Shown in pieces: positions 45,122 to 53,529 of a stretch of DNA of 53,529 nucleotides; within the stretch, counting starts at the first letter, position 1, and every line of letters starts with the position of its first letter. This stretch comes from Pseudomonadota bacterium (lineage in GTDB: Bacteria > Pseudomonadota > Gammaproteobacteria > Xanthomonadales > Rhodanobacteraceae): NCBI GenBank assembly GCA_028873095.1, contig JAGWMU010000001.1:1-53529 (forward strand). The letters run 5' to 3'. The notes under the pieces were generated by a model. The model saw only the letters and a list, made by a program, of their open reading frames with translations, ran no database searches and was not told where the DNA came from. The translations under genes were made by a program, and so were the position numbers.

Positions 45122-47880
45122 ACGGCAGGTCCGCCACACGCCCGGCGGCACGGCCGCGCAGGCATGTGGCGTGCCGCCGGGTTTTGCTGTGCGCGGGTAT
45201 TGCCGCCGTGCTGAACAGCTGGACCTGCGCGACGCTGGCGACCCCCCTGGCCGCGTCCGGTCCCGCCGATGCCGCGGCAAATGCCAGCGGCGCCGACGCC
45301 AGTTTCGACCGCAGCCTGCTGTCCGGCGCCGGCAGCAACACCACCGATATTTCGCGCTTCGAGCACGGCAATCCGGTCCTGCCCGGCACTTACAACACCG
45401 ACGTCTATCTCAACGCCAGGTGGGTCGGCCGCGCCGACGTGCGCTTCGCCGCCGTCGGGAACGCCAGCGCCACGCCGTGCGTGGACCGCAGGATGCTCGA
45501 CCTGCTTGGCCTGCGTCCGGCGAAGCTGTCCGCCGGAATCGCCGCGAAACTGCAGGACCCGAAGGCCTGCGTGGGCATCGACAGCGTGATCCCCGGCGCC
45601 AGCATGACGTTCGACATGGCTTCGCTGCGGCTGGATACCAGCGTGCCGCAGGCCTATCTGGGCCAGATGCCGCGCGGTTACGTCAGCCCCGAGTACTGGG
45701 ACGCCGGGGTGCCGGCGGCCTTGCTCGACTACAACTTCAACAGCTACCACACCAGCAGCCGTGGGCTGAGCCAGACCACGTCGTACCTGGGCCTGAATGC
45801 CGGCTTCAACGTCGGACCATGGCATGTCCGGCAGGATTCCACCGTCAACTGGCAATCGGCGGCGGCCGGCGCGCCGGCGCGCCGCCAGTGGCACAGCATC
45901 GACAGCTACGTGCAGCGCGACCTGCCGTCGCTGCGGGCGCAGCTGACCCTCGGCGACACTTTTACCGACGGCCAGGTGTTCGACAGTTTCGGCCTGCGCG
46001 GCGTGCAGCTGGCCACCGACGACCGCATGCTGCCGGACTCGCTGCGCGGCTATGCCCCGGTCGTGCGCGGCGTGGCCGATACCAATGCCAAGGTGACGAT
46101 CCGTCAGAACGGCGTGCAGATCTACCAGACCACGGTGGCGCCCGGTCCGTTCACGATCAACGACCTGTATCCAACGGGTTACGGCGGCAGCCTGGACGTG
46201 ACCGTGACCGAGGCGGACGGCCGCACGCGCAGCTTCTCGGTGCCCTATGCCTCGGTGGCGCAGCTGCTGCGACCCGGCAGAACGCGCTTCGACATCGCCG
46301 CGGGCCAGCTGCGCAATCCTTCGCTGGTGCACCAGCCCGACGTCGTGCAAGCCACCGTGCAGCACGGCTTCGATAATCTGCTGACCGGCTATGCCGGCCT
46401 CCAGGGTTCCCAGGGCTATGCCGCGCTGCTGCTGGGCAGCGCGATCAATACGCGTTACGGCGCGTTCGCGATGGATCTCACCGAAGCGCGCACGCGCATT
46501 CCGGGCTTTTCTTCGCAGTCCGGCCAGAGCCTGCGCATCGGCTACAGCAAACTGTTCCCCGAAACGAATACGTCGTTGTCGGTCGCCGCCTACCGCTACT
46601 CCACCAGCGGCTACCTCAGCCTTACCGATGCCGCGCTGGCCCGCGACTATGCGCGCCGCGGCCTCGATGCCTTCACCTTCGCGACACCGCCCGCCGTGAC
46701 CACGATCGACGGCATTCCCATCCAGACCGTACTCACCCCCGCCCAGCAGGCGGCATTGTCCGGCACCGCGTTCAACCCCGCGCTCAATCCGGTCGTGCTG
46801 CAACACCAGCGCAGCCGCCTCAACCTCACCTTGAGCCAGCGCCTGGGCGAACATGGCGGCTCGCTGTACGCCAACACCTCGATTACCGATTACTGGAACA
46901 GCAGCCAGGACACCCAGTTCCAGCTGGGCTACAACAACCTGTTCCACCGCGTGAGCTACAGCATCTCCGCCACGCGCACGCGCAATGCGCTGGGTCGCTA
47001 CGACGACGAATATTTCGTCAGCTTCAGCGTTCCGCTGGGCGACAGCCCGCATGCGCCCACCCTCGGCCTCAACTTCACGCATGGCGGAAGCAGCGGCACC
47101 CAGCAGCAAGCCAGCCTCAACGGTTCGGCCGGCGCCGACAACCAGTTCAACTACGGGACAAGCGTCACCCACGGCAATGCCGGCACCGGCAATGCCGGCA
47201 CCATCAATGGCGGCTACCGCAGCCCGTACGCGGTGGTCAACGCCAGCTACGGCCACGGCAGCGGCTATTCGCAGGCCTCGCTGGGCGTCAGCGGCGCGGT
47301 GGTGGCGCATCCCGGCGGCATCACTTTCGGCCAGCCGATGGGCGACACGGTCGGTATCGTCTACGTGCCCGGCGCCGAAGGCGCGCACCTGGACAATGCC
47401 GCCGGCGCGCGCATCGACCGCTGGGGCTATGCCCTGGTGCCCTACCTCAGGCCGTACAACCTCAACACCATCCGGATCGACCCGAAGGGATTGCCGCTGG
47501 ATGTGCAGCTCGACGCCACCAGCACGCAGGTGGCGCCGCACGCCGGCGCGGTGGTGATGCTGAAGTTCAAGACCGAAAGCGGCCGCACGATCATCGTGCG
47601 TGCGCGGCTGAAGAATGGCCAGGCGCTGCCCTTCGGCGCCGAGGTGTTCAATGAAAAGGGCGTCTCGCTGGGTCTCGTGGGTCAATCGGGCATGGTCCTG
47701 ATGCGTGGCGTCAACCCGGCCGGACGGCTGACCGCGCACTGGCAGGACGACAGCGGAAACCCGCATTCCTGTGCGTTTCCTTACGCACTGGCGCCGCAAG
47801 CCAAGGGCAAGCACATGAAGTCCTACGAAGAAATCCATGTAACCTGCACACCGGCGAACGCATCGGCGAGGAACGGATGA
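45118..47880 (+). CDS. fimbrial outer-membrane usher (PapC/FimD family)
   Basis: PGTYNTDVYLN, VPQAYL, WDAG, RGVQLATDDRMLP, GPFTINDL, YRYSTSGY, PFGA. Confidence 0.95.
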   Translation: MNGRSATRPAARPRRHVACRRVLLCAGIAAVLNSWTCATLATPLAASGPADAAANASGADASFDRSLLSGAGSNTTDISRFEHGNPVLPGTYNTDVYLNARWVGRADVRFAAVGNASATPCVDRRMLDLLGLRPAKLSAGIAAKLQDPKACVGIDSVIPGASMTFDMASLRLDTSVPQAYLGQMPRGYVSPEYWDAGVPAALLDYNFNSYHTSSRGLSQTTSYLGLNAGFNVGPWHVRQDSTVNWQSAAAGAPARRQWHSIDSYVQRDLPSLRAQLTLGDTFTDGQVFDSFGLRGVQLATDDRMLPDSLRGYAPVVRGVADTNAKVTIRQNGVQIYQTTVAPGPFTINDLYPTGYGGSLDVTVTEADGRTRSFSVPYASVAQLLRPGRTRFDIAAGQLRNPSLVHQPDVVQATVQHGFDNLLTGYAGLQGSQGYAALLLGSAINTRYGAFAMDLTEARTRIPGFSSQSGQSLRIGYSKLFPETNTSLSVAAYRYSTSGYLSLTDAALARDYARRGLDAFTFATPPAVTTIDGIPIQTVLTPAQQAALSGTAFNPALNPVVLQHQRSRLNLTLSQRLGEHGGSLYANTSITDYWNSSQDTQFQLGYNNLFHRVSYSISATRTRNALGRYDDEYFVSFSVPLGDSPHAPTLGLNFTHGGSSGTQQQASLNGSAGADNQFNYGTSVTHGNAGTGNAGTINGGYRSPYAVVNASYGHGSGYSQASLGVSGAVVAHPGGITFGQPMGDTVGIVYVPGAEGAHLDNAAGARIDRWGYALVPYLRPYNLNTIRIDPKGLPLDVQLDATSTQVAPHAGAVVMLKFKTESGRTIIVRARLKNGQALPFGAEVFNEKGVSLGLVGQSGMVLMRGVNPAGRLTAHWQDDSGNPHSCAFPYALAPQAKGKHMKSYEEIHVTCTPANASARNG

Positions 47881-48989
47881 TGATGCCCGGAGGCCTGTTC
47901 CATTCCGACGGCGGTTCCGCAGGCGACAAAAGCGCCCGGACCATGGCGCGGATGGCAAGCGGTCACGCGCGCGGGGCGCAGCCTGCCGCCGGACCCTGCC
48001 GCAGCCTTGCCGTCAAGCGCCTGGGCGGCCTGCTGTCGATCCTCCTGCTGCTCATCCTCATGCCGTGGGGAGCCAGGGCCGATTGCACGTTCGACCAGTC
48101 CGGGGGAAGCCGGAGGCACCCGACCTACTACACGTCCTCACCGGTCTACTACTCGCTGCAAAGCTCGATCACTGTCCCGTTCAATCTGGCGATCGGCGCG
48201 ATTCTCGGCTCGCCGGTGGACTCCGTGCCGGCCAACCCGCCCAATGTTTCCTGCACCTCCAACGTGCCTTACGGCGTGCAGAATCTCGTCGGCTCCAGCA
48301 ACACGAGCGGCGGCACGAACTACATCTACCCCACGGCAGTCCCCGGCTTGGGTTACCAGCTGATCCACGACGACAACCCGTCCCAGTTCATGAGCCCCTA
48401 TCCGGACAACTCCTCGGGGGCTGCGTTCCAGGGCGGTCAATTCAGCGTCGGCACCACCCTGCAGCTGGTGCAGACCGGACCGATCGCCAACGGCAGCGTA
48501 TTGCAGGCCGGCACCCTCTCCAACTGGCAATGGGGCTCGATCGCCCCCGAATACTTCGTGCTGCAGAACTCCATCACCTTCGTCGCCCCGGCATGCGTGG
48601 TCAACACGACGAATATCGCGGTCGTCCTGCCCACCGTGACCACCTCGGCGTTTCCAGGCAAGGACTCAACCTCGGGCACCACGCCGTCCAGCATCCAGCT
48701 GACCTGCCCGAGCGGAGCCACCTCCCAGCTGTCCATCATGTTCGCGGCGCAGAACGGGACCCCGGCCGGCTACAACAACGTGCTCACGAATACCGGCAGC
48801 GCCACGGGCCTGGGCGTGGAGATGATCTACAACGGCTCCTCCGTGGTCTTCGGCTCCCCGATCTTCGTGGGGACCACTCCCGCCGGCGGGTTATCGATAC
48901 CCTTTTCCGCGCGCTACCACGCGACCGCCGCCACCGTGGGGGCGGGCAGCGTGAATGCCGCCGCCACCTTCACCTTGTCCTACCAGTGA
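47877..48989 (+). CDS. fimbrial tip adhesin (lectin plus pilin domain); true start may be downstream
   Basis: Signal-like LLSILLLLILMPWGARA; C-terminal pilin domain (AC...LTC...GSVNAAATFTLSYQ). Confidence 0.8.
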   Translation: MMMPGGLFHSDGGSAGDKSARTMARMASGHARGAQPAAGPCRSLAVKRLGGLLSILLLLILMPWGARADCTFDQSGGSRRHPTYYTSSPVYYSLQSSITVPFNLAIGAILGSPVDSVPANPPNVSCTSNVPYGVQNLVGSSNTSGGTNYIYPTAVPGLGYQLIHDDNPSQFMSPYPDNSSGAAFQGGQFSVGTTLQLVQTGPIANGSVLQAGTLSNWQWGSIAPEYFVLQNSITFVAPACVVNTTNIAVVLPTVTTSAFPGKDSTSGTTPSSIQLTCPSGATSQLSIMFAAQNGTPAGYNNVLTNTGSATGLGVEMIYNGSSVVFGSPIFVGTTPAGGLSIPFSARYHATAATVGAGSVNAAATFTLSYQ

Positions 48990-49047
48990 TCTCCGCGCCG
49001 GGCAGACGGCCCGATGTCCGCCGCAACCGGGCACCCCGGACGGGGTC

Positions 49048-49407
49048 TTATTCGTAGGTCTGCGTGACGAGTTTCGGATTCGCCTGGCCGATCCCTGCGG
49101 CGCCGACATAGCCGGCGAAATAATTGAGCAGGCGATCGCTCGTGGTGGACGGGCCGAGACTGGCCACGGTCACCGAGTAGGATCGGCCGGCATCGGCTGC
49201 CGCCCCGGCGCTGCCGCACACGTACCGGCCCGATGACTGGCTCTGGCCCGGCTGGACCGTCGTCGACACATCGATGGGAGCCGCGCAGGTGGGTGCCACC
49301 ACGGCCCCCGAAAATGCGATCCGTCCGGTCGCCGCTCTTGCGGTGGCGGTGCCAAAGATCGTGGCCAATATGCAACCAGCTAGCAAGGTGCAGAGCTGAC
49401 TTGTCAT
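49048..49407 (-). CDS. small exported pilin-like protein
   Basis: AAGGAG RBS; signal peptide then TGRIAFSGAVVAPTC; ends LVTQTYE. Confidence 0.7.
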   Translation of the reverse strand: MTSQLCTLLAGCILATIFGTATARAATGRIAFSGAVVAPTCAAPIDVSTTVQPGQSQSSGRYVCGSAGAAADAGRSYSVTVASLGPSTTSDRLLNYFAGYVGAAGIGQANPKLVTQTYE

Positions 49408-49730
49408 ACCGTTCTCCTTGGACAACCCGTGGAATCACGGGGCACTTAATGTGCTTACGGCCGGCCTCCGGCCGCCTTTACAGGCTCCGCCGACCCAAGT
49501 CATGGAGACGTGAAACTGCTCACAGTGAGGTGTGAACGGGGCGACTGCATTGCGCAGACGTGATGCGGATCACGGTTCAAGTGCGGACATTATGTCCACG
49601 TGCCCGGCCAGCTCGGGACGACCACGGGATGCGTGACGGCTGAAGGGTCGACCGGGTCCCTCGCCCGCACCGCGGAACAGGTGGCGAATCTGTCCTGGTT
49701 CCTGTATCGGCGCTCCCGCGCCGAACTTGA

Positions 49731-50492
49731 TCAGCGCGACGAGATGTACTTCTCGCGTCGGATCTGCGACACCGGCAGGCCGAATTCCTTCAGCGCGGCG
49801 AACGCGGCATCGACCATGTCCGGGTTGCCGCACAGGTAGGCGATATCGCGGTCGGGGTGCGGCCCGAGCTCGGCCAGCACGTCCTGCACGTGGCCGCTGC
49901 GGTCGCTCGAGCAGGGGGTGGCGCGCGGCTGGCGGCTCAGGCAGCCGTGGAAGACGAAGCCGGGATGCCGTTGCGCGAACGCCTCGAACTCCCCGCCGTA
50001 CAGCAGCCCGCCTTCGCTGCGCGCGCCGTACAGCAGCACCACCTCGCGGCCGCCCCCGTCCAGCAGTTTTTCGATCTGCGGCAGCATCGCGCGGTACGGC
50101 GTGACGCCGGTGCCGGTGGCAAGCAGCAGGTAGCGCGGGTGCGTGTCGGTCTGCTGCAGGCAGAACCGGCCGTACGGGCCGCTGGCCTCGACGACGCCGC
50201 CTGTTTCGAGACCGCCCAGCAACCCGGTCGCCGCGCCGCCCTCGACGTAGCTCACCGCGATCTCGATGCGCCCGACTTCCGTCGAACCGCCCGGCGCGCT
50301 GCCATCGCCCACCGTGGCCACCGAATAGCTGCGCTTGGTCGCGCTGCCGTCGTCGTAGTGGAAGTGCACCTGCAGGAACTGCCCCGGCACGAACGCCAGC
50401 GGCCGGCCGTCAGCGCGCTCGAACACGAGATGCCGCACGGTGGGAGCGAGCATGCGGCTGTCGACGAGGCGCAGCTGGAAGTGGTCGGCCAT
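49731..50492 (-). CDS. ferredoxin-NADP+ reductase family FAD/NAD(P)-binding oxidoreductase
   Basis: PGQF, RSYS, GPYG, ATGTGVTPY, YLCGNPDMV, REKY. Confidence 0.88.
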   Translation of the reverse strand: MADHFQLRLVDSRMLAPTVRHLVFERADGRPLAFVPGQFLQVHFHYDDGSATKRSYSVATVGDGSAPGGSTEVGRIEIAVSYVEGGAATGLLGGLETGGVVEASGPYGRFCLQQTDTHPRYLLLATGTGVTPYRAMLPQIEKLLDGGGREVVLLYGARSEGGLLYGGEFEAFAQRHPGFVFHGCLSRQPRATPCSSDRSGHVQDVLAELGPHPDRDIAYLCGNPDMVDAAFAALKEFGLPVSQIRREKYISSR

Positions 50493-50671
50493 GTAACGGA
50501 TTCCGGGACAGTGCGTGCGCCGGCAGGAACCGGGCAGCGGCATCGGGCCCGCTATAATAGGTCCTCCGAGCCACGGGCCATAATCCCGCGCCGTCCGCGA
50601 CCCGGTCCGCCGGTTGCCGACGCGCCGAGGCATCCGGCCTGCTCCCGGCTCTCCATCCACCGGCGCCATCC

Positions 50672-51622
50672 ATGACCTCAGTACCTGCACTCGTCGTCGA
50701 CAACCTGCGCAAGACCTACGGCAACGGCGTGGAAGCCCTCAAGGGCATCAGCCTGACCGTGCAGCCGGGCGATTTCTTCGCCCTGCTCGGCCCCAATGGC
50801 GCCGGCAAATCCACCCTGATCGGCATCCTCTCGTCGCTGGTGAACTCCACCGGCGGCGACGCGCGGGTGTTCGGCATGTCGGTGAACCGGCAGCGCAGCG
50901 AGGCCATGCGGCTGATCGGGCTGGTGCCGCAGGAGATCAACTTCAACCAGTTCGAGAAGCCGTTCGACATCTGCGTCAACGAGGCGGGTTTCTACGGCAT
51001 CCCGCGCCGGATCGCCGCCCAGCGCGCCGAGAAATACCTGAAGGAACTTCGCCTGTGGGACAAGGCGTTCCACCCGGCGCGCGAGATGTCCGGCGGCATG
51101 AAACGGCGCCTGATGATCGCCCGCGCGATGATGAACGAGCCCCGGTTGCTGATCCTCGACGAACCCACCGCAGGAGTGGACATCGAGATCCGCCGCTCGA
51201 TGTGGCAGTTCGTCAGCGCCATCAACGCCGCCGGCACCACGGTGATCCTGACCACGCATTACCTCGAGGAAGCCGAGTCGCTGTGCCGCAACATCGCGAT
51301 CATCGACCACGGCACGATCGTGGAGAACACCAGCATGAAGCGCCTGCTGGCCACGCTGGACGTGGAGACCTTCATCCTGGACGTGCCGGCCGCGCCGGCC
51401 GGACTGCCGCAGCTGCCGGGCATCGCCCTGCGCCGCACCGACGAGCACACGCTGGAAGTGGAAATGGCGCGTTCCCAGGATCTCAACACGCTGTTCGCCG
51501 CGCTGTCGACCCACGGCATCGCGGTGACCTCGATGCGCAACAAGACCAACCGGCTGGAGGAGCTGTTCGTGCGCCTGGTGGAAGGCACACGACAAGAGCC
51601 GGCGCAGGAGAAAGTCGCATGA
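50672..51622 (+). CDS. ABC transporter ATP-binding protein (YadG-like)
   Basis: GPNGAGKST, LVPQEINFNQFE, MSGGMKRRLMIARA, LDEPTAGVD, RLEELF. Confidence 0.92.
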   Translation: MTSVPALVVDNLRKTYGNGVEALKGISLTVQPGDFFALLGPNGAGKSTLIGILSSLVNSTGGDARVFGMSVNRQRSEAMRLIGLVPQEINFNQFEKPFDICVNEAGFYGIPRRIAAQRAEKYLKELRLWDKAFHPAREMSGGMKRRLMIARAMMNEPRLLILDEPTAGVDIEIRRSMWQFVSAINAAGTTVILTTHYLEEAESLCRNIAIIDHGTIVENTSMKRLLATLDVETFILDVPAAPAGLPQLPGIALRRTDEHTLEVEMARSQDLNTLFAALSTHGIAVTSMRNKTNRLEELFVRLVEGTRQEPAQEKVA

Positions 51623-52398
51623 GCAGCATGTCCGCCAACCTGGTCGCACTGCACACCGTCGCGCGGCGCGAAATCGTGCGGATCGTCCGCATCTGGACCC
51701 AGACCCTGATCCCGCCGGCGATCACCATGACGCTGTACTTCGTGATCTTCGGCAAGCTGATCGGCAGCCGCATCGGCAGCATCGCGGGCGGCTTCAGCTA
51801 CATGCAGTACCTCGTGCCCGGGCTGGTGATGATGAGCATCATCAACAACAGCTACATGAACATCTCCAGCTCGTTCTTCGGCGCCAAGTTCCAGCGCTCG
51901 GTGGAGGAGATGCTGGTGGCGCCGATGGCCGACTGGGTGATCCTGCTGGGTTACGTGATCGGCGCGGTGGCGCGCGGCCTGGTGGTGGGCGCGCTGGTGC
52001 TGCTGATCGCGCTGTTCTTCACCTCGCTGCACGTGGCGCATCCGCTGATCACCCTGGCCTCGGTGGTGCTGGGGGCGACGATCTTCGCGCTGGCCGGCTT
52101 CGTCAATGCGATCTACGCCAAGAAGTTCGACGACATCGCGCTGGTGCCGACCTTCGTGCTGGCCCCGCTGACCTACCTGGGCGGCGTGTTCTACTCGATC
52201 AAGATGCTCAGCGAGCCGTGGCAGGGCATCTCGCGGATCAACCCGATCCTGTACATGGTCAACGCGCTCCGCTTCGGCGTGCTGGGCATCAGCGACGTGC
52301 CGGTGGGCATGGCGTTCGTGGTGATGCTGGTGTTCGTGATCGCGTTGTCGATCCTGGCCCTGCAGTTGCTCAGGCGCGGCGTGGGCCTGCGCTCCTGA
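51619..52398 (+). CDS. ABC transporter permease (YadH-like)
   Basis: RIWTQTLIPPAITMTLYF, PGLVMMS, SSSFFGAKF, NPILYMVN. Confidence 0.92.
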   Translation: MSSMSANLVALHTVARREIVRIVRIWTQTLIPPAITMTLYFVIFGKLIGSRIGSIAGGFSYMQYLVPGLVMMSIINNSYMNISSSFFGAKFQRSVEEMLVAPMADWVILLGYVIGAVARGLVVGALVLLIALFFTSLHVAHPLITLASVVLGATIFALAGFVNAIYAKKFDDIALVPTFVLAPLTYLGGVFYSIKMLSEPWQGISRINPILYMVNALRFGVLGISDVPVGMAFVVMLVFVIALSILALQLLRRGVGLRS

Positions 52399-52402
52399 CG
52401 GC

Positions 52403-52439
52403 TGCCGGCGCCCCCTCCCGCCGGAGAGGGGCGCCGGCA
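52403..52439. terminator. GC-rich hairpin between convergent yadH-like and tkt genes
   Basis: TGCCGGCGCCCC...GGGGCGCCGGCA stem; no clear U-tract. Confidence 0.55.
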
Positions 52440-52446
52440 ACGGCGG

Positions 52447-53529
52447 CTACCGGATGACGCGCTTCACCGCGTCGACCAGCTTAGCCACGGTGAAACCGAA
52501 GTACTCGAACAGCTGCGGCGCCGGAGCCGAGGCGCCGAAGGTGGTCATGCCGACCACCTCGCCGTCCAGGCCCACGTACTTGCGCCAGAAGTCGGCGGTG
52601 GCCGCCTCCACCGCCACCCGGGCGCGGCACCACAGCGGCAGCACGCCCTCGCGGTATTCCAGCGGCTGCGCGTCGAACACCTCGGTGCACGGCATCGACA
52701 CCACGCGTACCGCCACACCCTGCAGCGCCAGCGCGCGCATCGCCTCCATCGCCAGTTCCACCTCCGAGCCGGTGGCGATCAGGATCGCCTGGAACTTCGT
52801 GTCCAGCGGGTCGGACAGCACGTAGCCGCCGCGCGCGATGTCGGCAAGCTGCTGCGCATCGCGCGCCTGATGCTGCAGCGTCTGCCGCGAGAAAACCAGG
52901 CAGGCAGGCGCGCCCTTGCGCTCGATCGCCGCCTTCCACGCCGCCGCCGACTCCACCGCGTCGCAGGGACGCCAGACGTGGTTGTTCGGGATGTAGCGCA
53001 GGCTGGCCAGGTGCTCCACCGGCTGGTGGGTCGGGCCGTCCTCGCCCAGGCCGATCGAGTCGTGGGTGTAGACGTGGATCGCATGCGCGGGGATCAGCGC
53101 GCTCATGCGCACCGCGTTGCGCGCGTAGTCGGAAAACACCAGGAAGGTGGCGTCGTACGGGATGAAGCCGCCGTGCAGGGCCAGGCCGTTGGCGATCGCG
53201 CTCATGCCGAACTCGCGCACGCCGTAATACACGTAGTTGCCCTTGCCGCCGGCGCTGTCGCCGTTGGCGGCGTCGAGACTGCCCTTCCACTTGGTGAGAT
53301 TGGAGCCGGCCAGGTCGGCCGAGCCGCCGATCAGCTCCGGCAGCAACGGGCCGAAGGCGTCCAGGGTCATCTGCGAGGCCTTGCGCGAGGCCACGTCCGG
53401 CCCTTCCAGCTGCAGTTTGGCGAGGTAGGCCTGCGACTTCTGCGCCCAGTCGGCCGGCAGCTCGCCGGCAAGGCGGCGGCGGAACTCGGCCGCCAGCTCG
53501 GGGTAGGCCGCCGCGTAGGCCGCGAACGC
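52447..53529 (-). CDS. tkt: transketolase (C-terminal part; 5' end outside the window)
   Basis: [54 protein letters not shown]. Confidence 0.96.
   Translation of the reverse strand, partial: AFAAYAAAYPELAAEFRRRLAGELPADWAQKSQAYLAKLQLEGPDVASRKASQMTLDAFGPLLPELIGGSADLAGSNLTKWKGSLDAANGDSAGGKGNYVYYGVREFGMSAIANGLALHGGFIPYDATFLVFSDYARNAVRMSALIPAHAIHVYTHDSIGLGEDGPTHQPVEHLASLRYIPNNHVWRPCDAVESAAAWKAAIERKGAPACLVFSRQTLQHQARDAQQLADIARGGYVLSDPLDTKFQAILIATGSEVELAMEAMRALALQGVAVRVVSMPCTEVFDAQPLEYREGVLPLWCRARVAVEAATADFWRKYVGLDGEVVGMTTFGASAPAPQLFEYFGFTVAKLVDAVKRVIR

Noticed and set aside
45079-47958. Very long antisense or alternative-frame ORFs here and throughout (e.g. 23036-25234, 28679-30733), and long N-terminal extensions in the ORF track
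   Set aside because: Expected shadow ORFs in high-GC DNA: no motifs, and they overlap well-supported genes. True starts were reset to coupled or RBS-supported codons.

Overview
GC-rich gammaproteobacterial chromosome segment. The backbone genes (hotdog thioesterase, srkA, rlmI, rmuC, NatAB-like ABC, chaperone-usher pili, fpr, yadGH, tkt) and GTAG-type REP elements look Xanthomonadales/Rhodanobacteraceae-like; this is an inference. Between rmuC and the ABC module lies a ~33 kb anaerobic aromatic-catabolism region. Its core is a tightly coupled 24-gene, 26.5 kb operon (6299-32782): had, oah, dch, tetR, bcrCBAD (class I benzoyl-CoA reductase), an Fcs-like CoA ligase, a PanE-like 2-ketoacid reductase, a HAD/ECH fusion, two thiolases, an SDR, hcrCAB (4-hydroxybenzoyl-CoA reductase), an orphan 2-hydroxyacyl-CoA dehydratase alpha subunit plus activase, ferredoxin, korAB, a thioesterase and mocA. 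This is followed by a reverse-strand unit (tnaA-xdhC-hemerythrin-DUF2249-membrane protein) and a divergent tyrB-folE unit; one FNR-type box sits at -41.5 for both promoters. No canonical benzoate-CoA ligase or phenylacetate-route genes are present. The best hypothesis is an apparently undescribed anaerobic aromatic amino acid pathway: Phe/Tyr -> arylpyruvate -> aryllactate -> aryllactyl-CoA -> (hydroxy)cinnamoyl-CoA -> beta-oxidation -> (4-hydroxy)benzoyl-CoA -> Hcr/Bcr dearomatisation, with Trp handled by tryptophanase. All family calls come from motif recognition, not database searches.
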